Shown here one piece after another: positions 38,986-54,047 of a DNA stretch of 64,000 nucleotides. The position numbers and the translations under genes were made by a program. How positions within the stretch are numbered: the first letter of the stretch is position 1; each line of letters starts with the position of its first letter. Source of the stretch: Chrysomallon squamiferum (lineage: Eukaryota; Animalia; Mollusca); contig CM022665.1 of NCBI GenBank assembly GCA_012295275.1, forward strand, positions 4,650,001-4,714,000, given 5' to 3'. The notes beneath the pieces were generated by a model, which was given only the letters and a program-made list of their open reading frames with translations, was not told where the DNA came from and ran no database searches.

Positions 38986-41012
38986 TTTTAACGGAAATAA
39001 TTACTTTTCTTCTTAATATTTTTTTTTAGCTAGACGTGTTTTGTACATAGCATTTTAACTTATTTTTAGGAACGGCAAGATGACATTCTATTTGTGTGAC
39101 TGTACCGGTAACATGATCCAACCTATAACACGTTGGCAGAAAATTAATTTGTAACAGATTCAACCAACATCCGGTTAACTGATTGCTGATGGCACATTTT
39201 ATATACATATCAGTTAACGTTGCATCACATTGAATTAACAAGCATCTACCCATCGGTGTCGGCCCGGGAAGTCGACAAATCTATTTTGTTTAGTACCGCG
39301 ACGTAGAATAATAAAAGTACCGGGACGTAGACATTTCTAATTGTTTCTAAGTTGTGCGCTGCAGTTATGAGACGCCTTTTTTTTTGTTAACAAAGAGATG
39401 AGAATCCTGAAATAGAATGTTATGTGATTACTGTCCTGGGTAGAATTTGTAATTAAGCTTCCATTAACTGAGTAGGTGCCTGTGTGTTTTTGTTTTTTGT
39501 TTATTTGCTCGTATTATGCTCTACCAATTTATTGTTTTGGGTAATAAATTTATCATTATCTTATACTGAGCAGGCACTTGTACACTGGTTCTAGTAATTT
39601 TGCCGAGGGGTGCTGGTTTATTTAGGACAGTCACAGATTGGGAACCTTGGCTCTTCCCCACTCTCTGATTAAAAAGACCAGAAAGGGTACAAGCATCCAA
39701 CCATGTATACCATGTTGGCACTGACGAGCCACATACTCTACCATGAGAGCAGTCATATGTGTCCAGAGGGTCCTGGGTTATTAGTTTTATTCAACATCGG
39801 TCAGGACTTGTATCCAACAATAAAATGGGTTTGGGGGTATTCATGTAAATGTAAATAATTGTACATCGTGAAAGATCTCACTTGTACACAGAAATAATTT
39901 ATTTATTTGACAACTAATATTATTTTCGAATATTTTTTTAAATTTATTTATTTATTTGTTTTGAGTGAGGAGTTGTTTTGTTTGTTTGCTTGTAATTTAT
40001 CCAAAAATAAATAACATAAAGATCATGCATTTCTTTTAATTAATCTTTTTTTTCTTTTCGAAGAAAATGTAAACTGAGAAATAAATAAAATTATACAATC
40101 TTAAGAATGTGTTGTGCTAAGAAAGTATCATAGACATGGACAAACGCAAGACTCTTTTAAAACTGTCAGCGCTAATTCTGAACAGTGACTATAACAGTAC
40201 TAGAACAATTGTAGTTATCCAGTTCTAGATTGAACGCTTACATTCAGGATATAGCGACAGTTCTCCGGAAAAGAAAAGAAAAGAAAAGAAAAAAAGAAAA
40301 AGAAAAACAAATCTCCGTTCTTTTATTGAAAAAGAAAAGGGACTCGGTTCGAACCTTACCGCTGGCCCTCTGCAGTCTTTAGAAAAATAAACTTTCTTCT
40401 TGAATTGTCTTTTGCTCAAAACGTTCACATTAATTAGTGATTTGGGAGCACTACGGGTCCAAAAATACTCGAACGATGATGTTCAAACTAGATCTATCAT
40501 AAATGTTTCTGAACACGTGGGATACTGAAATCACTTCCCCTCTTTTAAAAGTTGCACCTGCGGTATTTATTATTGTAACACTTTATTAAACTATTTTTGT
40601 TATCCTGGAGTAAAGACTTTTATCTGGTTTAATAAATGTGTCTTATTTAGTTTCTGTAGCTTCGAAATACACAAACACTTATTGCATGCACAGACATATA
40701 CATACATATAGAGATATGTTCACACATCCATATACATTCTAGATACACACAGTAAAATTAAACAAACCGTTTTCAGTTTCATAATTTTATTTGTTTCTTT
40801 ATAACCGTCTTCATGGTCCTTCAAGTTGGAACCTGATGAAAAAGAAAAGGAAATTAAAAGAAAGGGATAAAAAAAAATTCCTTTATGCTATACATTTATT
40901 TATGCTATACAACAAATCATGACATAAAATCGAGAAGAAGAAGAAGATGATGATGAGAGAAATAAAAAATAAAAACAAATTACTGAAAATATATATTTTT
41001 TTATTAATAAAA

Positions 41013-41063
<51 letters not shown>

Positions 41064-41147
41064 AATAAAATAAAATAAAAATAAAAATAAAAATTCATAC
41101 GATAACCGTATGATAAGATAAACTGAGATACTGAAAAAGACTTACTT

Positions 41148-42643
<1,496 letters not shown>

Positions 42644-44049
42644 CTGTAAAAAATAGACAAAATATTTATGTCTCTAAGGATTTTGACATAAGTCAAAATC
42701 ATATTAAATAATAACATAAAGATCAGAATGAATAAACCCTTTTTAACTTACCTCTGAGTTGTAAACCGTTAACTCGAAGAAAAAATAAATATAGTTGTTA
42801 TCGAATTCAGTTCATTTATATCCAACTGGTGTTTCTGTTTTCACTTAGGTCAGAGATAAAATGTGTGACGTTATTAATACGGTGATAATTATATCCTGTT
42901 AATGCAATATGTTGCCGAAGTGAAGTGACCCGATAGTCAAAACAAATTGTGAACGAGATGTTATGGCGACAGAGAATGGAATTTTTTGTAAATTTTGTTG
43001 TAATAAATTATTCTGGTGGGTTGTTAAGTTTAATTTTTATGTATTTAACTAGTTCGACCAGAAAAGATCTTACTGTTGTTAATTATTGAAATAATTATTT
43101 TATTCTATTTTATTTTATTTTATTTATTTATTTTTATTTTTATTTTGTTTTTTATTTTTTATTTTTCTAGTGACAAGAGTGTGCTAAGAAACGAACATAA
43201 ATAGAAACTGGCATTTCTCATTTTTTTTTTTTAATGGAATACAATACACCATACATTCATTTTTGGTTAGTGTACCATGAAATTATGACATGAAAATAAC
43301 TTAGACAGGATCCTGTCCTTTTAACCGACTTCATCTTTTAAAGCACTTAAAAACTAAAAGAGAACAAAAATGATATTTGTATCCATATGAAAACAAGAAT
43401 TTTTGTCATATTAATTTTAATTGAAATAATTACTTTCTGGGGAGACAGATGAACTTTTTATGTAGCATTTTAACTATTTTTGTGAAGAGAAAGATAACAT
43501 CATATTTCATTATATTTGTGTGACTGTCCCGGTAACATGATCCAACATATAACACGTTGGCAGAAAATTAATTTCTAACAGATTCAACTAACATCCGGTT
43601 AAAGTATTTCTGATCTAATATATATATATATATATACCAAACGTATAATAACATAAGGTAATTGACTACATTTTATACCACCGAAAAATAACGACAAAAA
43701 AACAATTTGTTTCAAACATGTTTTTTTCTTTCTTTCTATCTATCTTTCTTCTTTTTATTATTTATGAAGTAATAGTAATAATAGTCGTTCTAAAACTGTA
43801 GTCATAGCAGTAGTGTTAGTAGATAGTTTTTAAAAGTAGAGTATCAGTAGCAGTAAAGAAAGGAAGATATGTTTTATTAAACGCCTTACGAAACCTTTTT
43901 TTATTTTATTTTTTATTTATTGAAAGTGAAAGTGAAAACAATTAACGTGCTAATCAGAGCAAGCTATTGTGAATTACGTCTACGACAGGCAAGCTTTCTG
44001 GCGCTTTATTTATTATTCTTTTTTACCATAAATCTTCGATATAACAAAG

Positions 44050-46110
44050 TGTTTGTTCTGTACATTATGTCATGATATAAAATCAACATTCGGGCTACTA
44101 CCAATATTTCCATGGGATTTCAGTTTGTTACGGTTTAAAATGGATGATGTGTACTACTACGACATGTGTTTACCCATGGGTGCATCAATCAGTTTTGCTC
44201 TGTTTGAAAGGTTTTCCACTTTTATTCAGTGGGAAGTTGAGAGGCTGTGTTACATTGACTGACCGGTTGTGTTGCACTGCCTGGACGATTTTCTTTTGGG
44301 GGGAGCAGGGCAGGGTCAAATGAATATCACAAGCTAAAGGGAAATTTTCAGAAAACATGTTGCAAGTTGGGAATTCCCATTGGAGAAAAGAAAACTGTGG
44401 GACCCGGCACAGTCCTAATTTTGCTCGGTATTGAAACAGATGCAAATGTTATGATATTGCGCCTGCTTCTGAACAAATAGTTAGAATTAAGGCATCTCGT
44501 AGAGATTACTCTGAAGGAAAGAAAGGCTACTTTAAAAACATTGCAATCACTAATTGGGTCCCTGAATTTTGCCTGCCAAATAGTTAGACCAGGCCGGGCT
44601 TTTATTAGACAGATAACTGAAGCAACAAGAGGAGTTACTAAGCTACATCACAAAATCCGGGTTACACAAAGTATGAAGGCAGACTTGAACATTTGGTGCC
44701 CGACATGTTCTGGACCAGCAGTAACTCTTTGGAATTTTGTACTGATAGTGCAGGAGGGATAGAAAGGGGGTTTGGGGTCTTTTTCCAGGGGATCTGGGCA
44801 TATGGTTCCTGGAAAGAATACTGGTACAGAAACATCACATTTCTCGATTTCAAAAAGGTAATGGCTATCTACTCTATCTGAACAGTTTTGCAAGTGAAAA
44901 CGTCTGTCCAGTGCGAGGTTTGTATAAATATTTGCAATCATGATGTAAAACTGGTTCAACCCAGCTTCTTACTCATTATAATCGTAAGTCATTAACCAGT
45001 TTAACTCTGTTCTCAAATGCATATTGCAGTTTATAAATGTAAAATGTCAACGTTATAAATCACATAGCTTTAGAATAAGTGCAGCAACAGAAGCTGCAGC
45101 TAGGGCAGTACCAGAGGATACAAGTAAACAGTGGGGCAGGTGGTGATCGGGGGCCTACATTAGGTATATTCGGCTGCCACAAGAAATCTAATTTCTTTAT
45201 GTCATTTTTAAATAGTTAAATTGCTGATTGTAGTGAAGCCTGAAGTGTGGATAACAGGATCTTCCAATGTCCACTGGGCAGGAATCCAGGCACGGGCAGA
45301 GCCACATTGAAGCAACCTAGGTTTGCAACAAGCAGGTATTGAGGTAAGACGGTATGGTGAAAGGGTAATGCCCTGGTTACAGCTAGACAGTTTCATTTCA
45401 GAAACCTAATGCTATCATTGTACAGCTGTCTTCGAATGACATGGTAAGGACGAAGTCCATGCAGCTGATTCAGAACATCAGTTGTTCTGCCCTACGACTG
45501 AGAGACACGCTCACATCTCTGAGGATCGTATGGTCAAATACGCTGCCTCGCCTCTAGAGGAATGGGGCTGAACAACCAAAGCAGGTAGACAAGGCCCGAG
45601 GAAGAGTGAACAGCGAGCAAAATCACGGGTTCTTGTAGAGGGAGGAGCAGTCCATGGGCACTCCGCAGTGCGAGTGGGAGATATTGAGTTTTGTTCAGAA
45701 CTGATCGGATGCACTGGTCATTCAAGGGAAATGCATTGCACCTGGAAGGCATGCAGAAAGCAGAGGAAGAGTCGTTTTCGGGTGGAGGCAAGTTGTTTCC
45801 ATGAGGTAAGTGGATGGATGGAGTAGATATAGACTCACTCCGGTGGCGGGACCCCCGCGAGACAGCTATAGAGCTAATGTTCATCTGGACCAGGGTTAGG
45901 TTCCATCTACTGAACTGTAGGGGAACACCTTGTTACAAAAGGATTCACATGTGTCTTCCGGGCCGAAGGGGAGTGGGTTAGCCCACCTACGAATTACCGA
46001 GGGGACAGGAAAGGTAATATATGTCTCCAGAGGGTCCTGTGTTATTAGTTTTATTCAGCTGCAGCCAGGTTTTTTAACCACCAATAAAATGGGTTTGGGT
46101 GTATTCATGT
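44050..46110 (+). mobile_element. Most complete remnant of a decayed Ngaro-like (DIRS order) retrotransposon: RT, RNase H, tyrosine recombinase C-terminus, SGNH hydrolase and terminal non-coding segment
   Basis: RT: DIKSTFGLLPI..YYYDMCLPMGASISFALFERFS, HCLDDF, LQSLIGSLNFAC. RNase H: FCTDSAGG..GFGVFFQGIWAYGSW. Recombinase: YKSHSFRISAATEAA..QWGRW*SGAYIRYIR (45054-45172). SGNH-like: VWITGSSNVHWA (~45246) and LFRTDRMHWSFKGN (~45691-45732). Many stops and frameshifts. Confidence 0.85.
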
Positions 46111-46198
46111 GAATGTAAATAACTGTATATCAAGAAAGATCTTACTTGTACCTAGAAATAATTTATTTATTTGCCAATTGATTTTATTTTTGAATAAT

Positions 46199-46244
<46 letters not shown>

Positions 46245-47373
46245 TTATTTATTTATTTACTTGTTTTGAGTGGGGAGTTGTTTTATTTGCTTGCTTGTAA
46301 TTTATTTCCAAAAAAAAAAAAATCGCAAGACGCAAAACTCTTTTAAAACTGTCAGCGCTAATTCTGAACACTGACTATGACAGTATAGTACTAGAAAAAT
46401 GGTAGTTATCCAGTTCTAGATTGAACGCTTACATTCAGGATACAGCGATAGTTCTCCGAAAAAAAAAAAAGAAAAGCAAGAAAGAAAAAGAAAAAAATCT
46501 CCGTTCTTTTATTGAAAAAGAAAAGGGACTCGGTTTAAACCTTACCGCTGGCCCTCTTCAGTCTTTAGAAAAATAAACTTTTTACTTGAATTGTCTTTTG
46601 CTCAAATCGTTCACATTAATTAACGATTTGGGAGCACTATCGGTCCAAAAATACTCGTACGATGATGCTCAAACTAGATCTGTCACAAATCTTTCTGAAC
46701 ACTTCTGATACTGAAATCACTTCCCCTCTTTTCAAAGATAGCACCTGGACTATTTGTTATTTGTACACTTTATTAAACTATTTTTGTTATCCTGGAATGA
46801 AGAGTTTCAATCTTCTGTAATAAATCTGTCTTATTTAGTTTCTGTTGCTTCAAAATACACAAACACGTATCACATGCAGAAACACATACATACTTACACA
46901 GATACATACTTCCATACATACTGTAGATACACTGAACAAATCCACAAAACCTTTGAAGTTTATCAGTTTTATTTAAATCTTAATAAATGTCTTCATAGTT
47001 CTTCAGATGTAACCTGATAAAAAAGAAAACGAAATTAAAAGAAAGGAATAATCATTTGAGAATCTTTAAAATGTTCTTTTATGTTATATATATATATTTG
47101 TTACACCGCAACCAACGTTGAGTTAAAACGGAGGAAATGAAGAAGAAGATAATGAAAAGATAAAATGAAAACAAATTACTGGAAAATACAATTTACTGCC
47201 ATTTAATTGAGAGGTTTCATTAACTTTTAAATAATAATAATAATAATAATCACCTCCGAAAAGTAAAGAAAGAAAATAAATAAATCTATAAATCTATAAA
47301 TAAATAAATAAATGAAGTAACATACGACAACCGTATGATAAGTTACAACTGAAATACCGAAAAAGCCTTACTT

Positions 47374-47461
47374 TTATTCATTTTCATTCAGTTCTCTGAC
47401 CATCCGCACGAAATCCTGAGTTGTGATCTTGGAACTTCCTGTCAACAAAAATCATTCAACT

Positions 47462-47510
<49 letters not shown>

Positions 47511-48388
47511 GGTATTATACTGAGAGAAAGAGAGAGAGAGTCCATCAAAACAATAATAATGTTAGTCCACACTTTTTATAATTTTAAAAATCTCTTTTTA
47601 AAGATACTTTTCATTCAACCCTGATACTGAATCTCAGCATTTTAAACAATTTCATTCTGATCTGTTAACATTACTGTTATCTAGTTTTTAAAATGACTTA
47701 CCATCCTCGCTAAGAAGTTCAAGAAAATTCTCAGCGTCTCGTCGACTCATTATTTGTTCAAGTTCTTGTTGGTCCACGATTCCGTCCATGTTGGTGTCGA
47801 TCTCCGAAACGTCTTAAATAAATTTATTTATTTAAACTCACAGATAAACTCACTGAATTAAGCACATTACAATTTAGTGTAAGCAACATTACAGTAATTG
47901 AACTTAGTTCTAAACTGTGTTAAGAAATTATATATATATCTATACATGCAAACCATAATTAAGTGAAAAGGTAAAATAAGTATTTTTCATATTCAGGTAA
48001 GAATCATTGTATGTGAAGATATAGGAAGTATTCTTCGTGTTAATTTCAGGTATATAATTCTTCCTCCCGTTCTATTTAGGAAATATGTATTACGTATCTA
48101 CAAGTTTTAACCTGATGTTACCATTTTAACGAGTTTTCAAAACACAGCAGTCTTTCAAATTCTACATTTTCAAGACAGCTGTCAGTTAAATGCTTAATAC
48201 TAAACATTATTTAACAAGAATGGAACCAGAACCTAATTCTCATTGATACCTCGCCTTCCCATAACTGCTGCTGCCGCGCCTACTGCTGCCGCTATTTTCC
48301 CGATGTTTTTCCAAGTCCACTTCCAAGCGTCGCCCTGATTTAGAACAGCGAACACTACCAACAGCACCAGAAGAACAGCAACTCTCAT
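47374..48388 (-). CDS. g9: secreted cationic peptide + EF-hand precursor, 104 aa, intact; mature WKWTWKNIGKIAAAVGAAAAVM-amide (not in the ORF track)
   Basis: Exons 48388-48250, 47812-47702 and 47438-47374. Signal MRVAVLLVLLVVFAVLNQGDA, then GRR; C-terminus ...LSEDGSSKITTQDFVRMVRELNENE*. Exon 1 donor at 48856/48855; TATAAA at 48919-48924. Confidence 0.87.
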
Positions 48389-50221
48389 CTATAAAAAACA
48401 GACAAAAGATCTGACAAAAAAATCAAAACACAAGACATCGACGATGATAACGTTAGCAAATAAATTGCTAATTGTTATTTTATTTTATTTTATTAAATTT
48501 TTTTCTTCAAATATTTAACTTGAAATGAAAATAAAACAATCAAAATGGAAGAAAAACAATTTAATCAAACATATGATCTGTCTGAATCGGAAAATTAACC
48601 AAAACATCGTGGATTTTAAGATGATGTGAATACAAACATTAACGTTTCAAAAACAAAAAGAGAAAACATGTGGGGAAAAGTTCATATTCATTAATATGTA
48701 TGTTTATGTGTCTATATATATATATAAGATTTTGTATTTAACTATTACAATAAAATACAAATTATTAACCTTAAAGTATCCAAATGTTCACCTAAATCAA
48801 AATTACATTAAATAATATCACAGAGATGAGAATAAATAAAAGCTTTATGACTTACCTTTGAGCTGTAAACTGATTACTCGAAGAAGAAATGAATAAAATT
48901 GTTATGGAACTCCCTTACTTTATATCCAACTGGTGTTTTTATTTTCACTTAGATCAGAAATAAAATGTGAGATCTTATTAATACGGTGATACCTACATCC
49001 TGTTATTGCAATATGTTGCCGAAGTGAAGTAACACGATTCTGAACGAGACGTTTTGGCAATAGAGAATGGAATTTTTTCAACATTTTGTTTTAATAAATT
49101 AGAAACTGTGATTATTTTGGTGGGTTGTAGAGTTTAGTTTTTATTTATTTAACTAGCTCGACGACAGAAGAACTTACTTTTTTTTTTTTAGTTTATATTA
49201 CTTTTTTATTATTTTTTTTATCTATATTATTTTTATTTTTTTTAATATATTATTTATAGCTACAAGTCTTTGCTAAGAAATGAAGATAAACAGAAACGCA
49301 TTTCTTGTTTTTCGTACAGAGAAACATACAAACACGAAAGTTAATCATTGAAAAATATGAATATGGGTATTATTTTTGTTGTCAGATTTCCATTATGAAA
49401 TCACATTCTAATATAAATAAAACGTCAGTTTCCCTGTATAATCGATAGCTTTTTATTTCATAATCATTCTTTTTCATGAAATGCTACATACTTTAAATCT
49501 TACTAATTTTATTTATTTATATATATAATTATAATTATTAATTTTAATTGAATTTTTTTTTTTTCCACTAGATGTACATTTTACATAGCATTTGAACTTT
49601 ATTTTTAAGAAGGGCAAGATGACATTATATTTGTATAACTGTACCGGCAACATGATCCAATCTATAACACGTTTTCAGACAATTATTTTGAAACAGATTC
49701 AACAAACATCCGGTTAACTGATTGCTGATGATACATTATATATATATCAATTAACGTTGCAGCATATTGCATTAACACAGCATCTACCCATCAACATACT
49801 GATAAGTTTTACACTTTCTCGCTAATTTAAGTGAACTTAAATATACCATGTTATAATAGTATAAGGTAACTGACTACATTATAAATTTTAAACACCGAAA
49901 AATAACGAAATAAAACCAAAAATAACACTTTAGTGGGTTTCTTTATATTTTTTTTAATATAGTAATAGTAATAATAGTCGTTGTGATAGCCGTAGCCTTA
50001 GCAGTAGTGTTAGTAGATAATGTTTAATAGTAGTAGTCGCAACAGTAGTGGTAGTAGTAGTAGCAGCAGTAGTAGTAAAATAAGGAAGATATATTTTATT
50101 GAACCCCATACTAATTGTTTTTTCCTTTTCTTTTTTCTTTTTCTTTTTACTTTAAATCTACTGGAAAACAAAATTTACTGCCATTTAAATGAGAGGTTTC
50201 ATTAACTTTGAAATACTACTG

Positions 50222-50349
<128 letters not shown>

Positions 50350-50480
50350 GTAATATTAATAATCACCTCCGAACACAACAGTCTTTCAGATTCTATTATT
50401 TCAAGACACCTGTCAGATAAATGGTTAATGTTAGACATTATTTAAGACGATTGGAACCAAAACCTAATTCTCATTCTTAC

Positions 50481-50662
50481 CTCGCTTTCCGGCAGCTACT
50501 GCAGTTTCTAACGCTTTCTTTGCAACCCATTTAACTGCAGCACGTTTAGCAAAGTCTCTCACTTGTCTCCAGCGAAATTCTGACACGAAACCGACCCCAA
50601 GCATCGCCCTGATTTAGGACAGCGAACACAACCACCAGTACAAGAAGAAAAGCAACTCTCAT
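50481..50662 (-). pseudogene. g10: frameshifted exon 2 (restored: WGRFRVRIRWRQVRDFAKRAAVKWVAKKALETAVAA-GKR); exons 3-4 deleted
   Basis: The exon is 182 nt (one extra base near 50575). Junction CACCTCCGAA|CACAACAGTC at ~50373 fuses 3'-UTR-type sequence to intron 2. The TATA box reads TGTAAA (~50836-50841). Confidence 0.82.
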
Positions 50663-51456
50663 CTGTAGAAAAAATAGACAAAACATTTATGTCCCTCAGG
50701 ATTTTTACATAAGTCGAAATTACATTAAATAATAACACAGAGATGAGAATAAATAAAAGCTTTATAACTTACCTTTGAGCTGCAAACCGTTTTCTCGAAG
50801 AAAAAATGAATACAATTGTTATCGAACTCACTTGCTTTACATCGAACTGGTGTTTTTATTTTCACTTAGATCAGAAATAAAATGTGAGATCTTATTAATG
50901 CAGTGATACCTACATCCTGTTAATGCAATATGTTGCCGATGTGAAGTGACCCGATAGTGAAAACAAATTAAAACAAAAATCCTGACCCTTCGATTCTGAA
51001 CCAGACGTTGTGGCAATAGAGAATGGAATTTTTTCAACATTTTGTTTTAATAAATTAGAAACTGTGATTATTCTGGTGAGTTGTTGAGTTTAATTTTTAT
51101 TTATTTAACTAGTTCGACCAGAACAGATTTTACTTTTGTTATTTTATTTTATTTTATCATATTTTTTTATTTTTTTTATTTTTTATTTTTTTTTTCTAGC
51201 GACAAGAGTGTGCTAAGAAACGAAAATAAATGGCATTTCTCGTTGTTTTGTTTTTTTAACTGAAAATTATTCGATTAATTTAATGACACACAGCATACAT
51301 TCATTTTTGTTTATTGTATCTTGAAAGCATTTTAGACGGAATACTCTCCTTTTAACCCACTTCATCTTTTAAAGCACTTAAAAACTAGAAGAGAATTAAA
51401 ATGATATTCGTATCCATATGAAAACAAATACTTTTGTTATATTAATTTTAATGGAA

Positions 51457-51502
<46 letters not shown>

Positions 51503-51688
51503 TTGTTTTGAGCCAGACGATCTTTTTAGATAGCATTTTAACTATTTCTTTCAAGGGCAAGATGATATCATATTTGTGTGACTGTCCTGGTAACATGATC
51601 AAACATATAACACATTGGCAGAAAATTAATTTGTAACAGATATACCAAACATCCGGTTAACTTATTGCTGATCTGTACATACATACAT

Positions 51689-51730
<42 letters not shown>

Positions 51731-52174
51731 CAATTAACGTTGCAGCACATTGCCTTAACACAACATATACCCATCATCACACTGATAAGTTTTCACACTT
51801 TATCGCAGACTTAAGTGATCTTAAATACACCAAGTTATAATGGTATAAGCTAACTGATTAATTATGCATTTTATACCACTGAAAAATAACGACAAGAAAA
51901 CAATTTGTTTCACACTTTTTTCTTCTTTTTTTTTTTTGGCCATGTAGTAATAATAATAATAGTCGTTGTGGTAGCTGTAGTCATAGCAGTAGTGTTAGTA
52001 GATAGTTTTTAAAAGTAGAGTATCAGCAGTAGTAGTGGTAGTAGTAAAGAAAGGAACATATGTTTTATTAAACGCCGTACTCAACCTTTTTTTTATTTTT
52101 TTTATTTTTTATTTATTTATTTTTATTTTTTTTTTTTTTTTACCTTAAATCTACGATATATTGCAATATTATCC

Positions 52175-52690
52175 AAATGTTTGTTCTGTACATTATGTCA
52201 TGATATAAAATCAGCATTCAGGCTACTACCAATATTTCCATGGGATTTCAGTTTGTTACGGTTTAAAATGGATGATGTGTACTACTACGACATGTGTTTA
52301 CCCATGGGTGCATCAATCAGTTTTGCTCTGTTTGAAAGGTTTTCCACTTTTATTCAGTGGGAAGTTGAGAGGCTGTGTTACATTGACTGACCGGTTGTGT
52401 TGCACTGCCTGGACGATTACATGGATGACTGGTGCAACAACATGAGTTATAAGCAGTATCGCAATATCCGTGTTACTCAAGGTATGAAGGCAGATGTGAA
52501 CATGTGGTTACATTTTCTACACTACTGGATTACAGTCATGCCCGACATATTCTGGACCAGCAATATTTTACACTGATAGTGCAGGAGGGTTGTAGAGGAT
52601 TCGGGGTTTTTCCCAGGAGGACTGGGCATATGGTCCTGGCCAGAGGACTGGTGCAGTTCTGGTTTGTTGAGAAATATCACGTTTCTCGAA
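52175..52690 (+). mobile_element. Ngaro/DIRS-like RT-RNase H remnant with an internal deletion
   Basis: ORF 52181-52390 is an RT segment. The sequence jumps at GGACGAT|TACATG (~52417) to a region equivalent to ~24695. Confidence 0.8.
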
Positions 52691-54047
52691 CTATATTATA
52701 TTATATTTACGACTTTCAGTATCTTCGTGTCAGTTTTGAAGGATTGTAAAACAGATTTGAGTAATTAAGTAACGATCCGACCTAAGAAAACCAAAAAAAA
52801 AAAAATACATTAAAAGTACATCGTGTGCATATATTTATATAGCTGAAAATATTTTATAAAAGATATTTTGTCATCTTTTTCAACACTTTTAGAAATATTA
52901 AGAATTTTATTTATTTATTCATTCATTCATTCATTATTGTTGTTATCTTTGTTATTCTTATCATAGTCCATTCGTATATCCCAAATGTTGTTTCTAAATA
53001 AAAAAAATCAATAATTTTATTATCCGTGCCCCCCTCAACAAAAGGTTAAACAACAAATATTGCGAAACAAAATACTTTCAGGTATATATTGTGATATTTA
53101 AATATTCAAAACGTAAGGTTTGAAAAACGTTTCTATTAAGTTGTGCACTTGTTATAAATTTAAAATGCAGTCACAGGGAGACATCAGTAGTCTTTAAGTA
53201 ATGGTTGATTTACTCTTTTCGTTAGCAAGGGATCCCTTGTGTACACTTTAGAAAACAGACTGTCGTACACGCAAAATATAAAAATCCTTCTTAATGATGC
53301 AACTTCTCTAACAGGTACTGACATAATTATCGAGAAAAAAAAAAAAAAAAAAAAAAACACCGTTGACAGTCAAATTAATATTAAAATGCAACAAAATAAA
53401 ACAACAACATGATAATGACAATAATAAATAAATTAAGATAAATCGAGACAAAAATAATAAATTTCGATTCGAGTGTAATATGTATCATTAACTGCATTAA
53501 TTATTTTCAGATTAGATTACAGAATCTCGCCTCCAGTAACGAGATTTTTTGTTTATTTTCTGAGTATCACTGAATTCCATTCAGCAACAGATTGCTTCAA
53601 CAGGATCTGCTGTTTTAATACGTGCTCACACTGTATCGCTGATTTAAGTGAAAACAAAAACACCAGTTTAGTATAAAGTAACTGACTTCAGGAGACAAGT
53701 TATTCATTCAATCCTCGACTGACCGATTTACGATTTAAAGGTAAGCCTTAAAGCTCATTTGTCTGAAACCTAGTAATTAGTGTATTTTCGATTTATTCTT
53801 CTAATATTGAACACTCCAAGCTTAATGCTTGCAGTTAATAGTGCAATATAATTTATAATTTATATTAATATTGCAGTAATTTTCAAAATGTGCGCGAACG
53901 TTTTGCTATCGTTATTAATTTTAATTCTTTCATTTTAATTTTGAATTAAATGTTTGAAAGTGCAACATCTATAAAAGTACCACAATTGCTATTCAGCCGA
54001 TTTAGTTGCTATTGTCTTAATTTAAATGTTTTGTCTGTTTGTTATAG

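Noticed and set aside
39715-39775. CTGACGAG (hammerhead-like CUGANGA core) in the retroelement terminal segment; also ~10493 and inverted at ~17860
   Set aside because: No GAAA after a stem II and no closing helices found by eye; an Infernal/RNAmotif hammerhead search would settle it.
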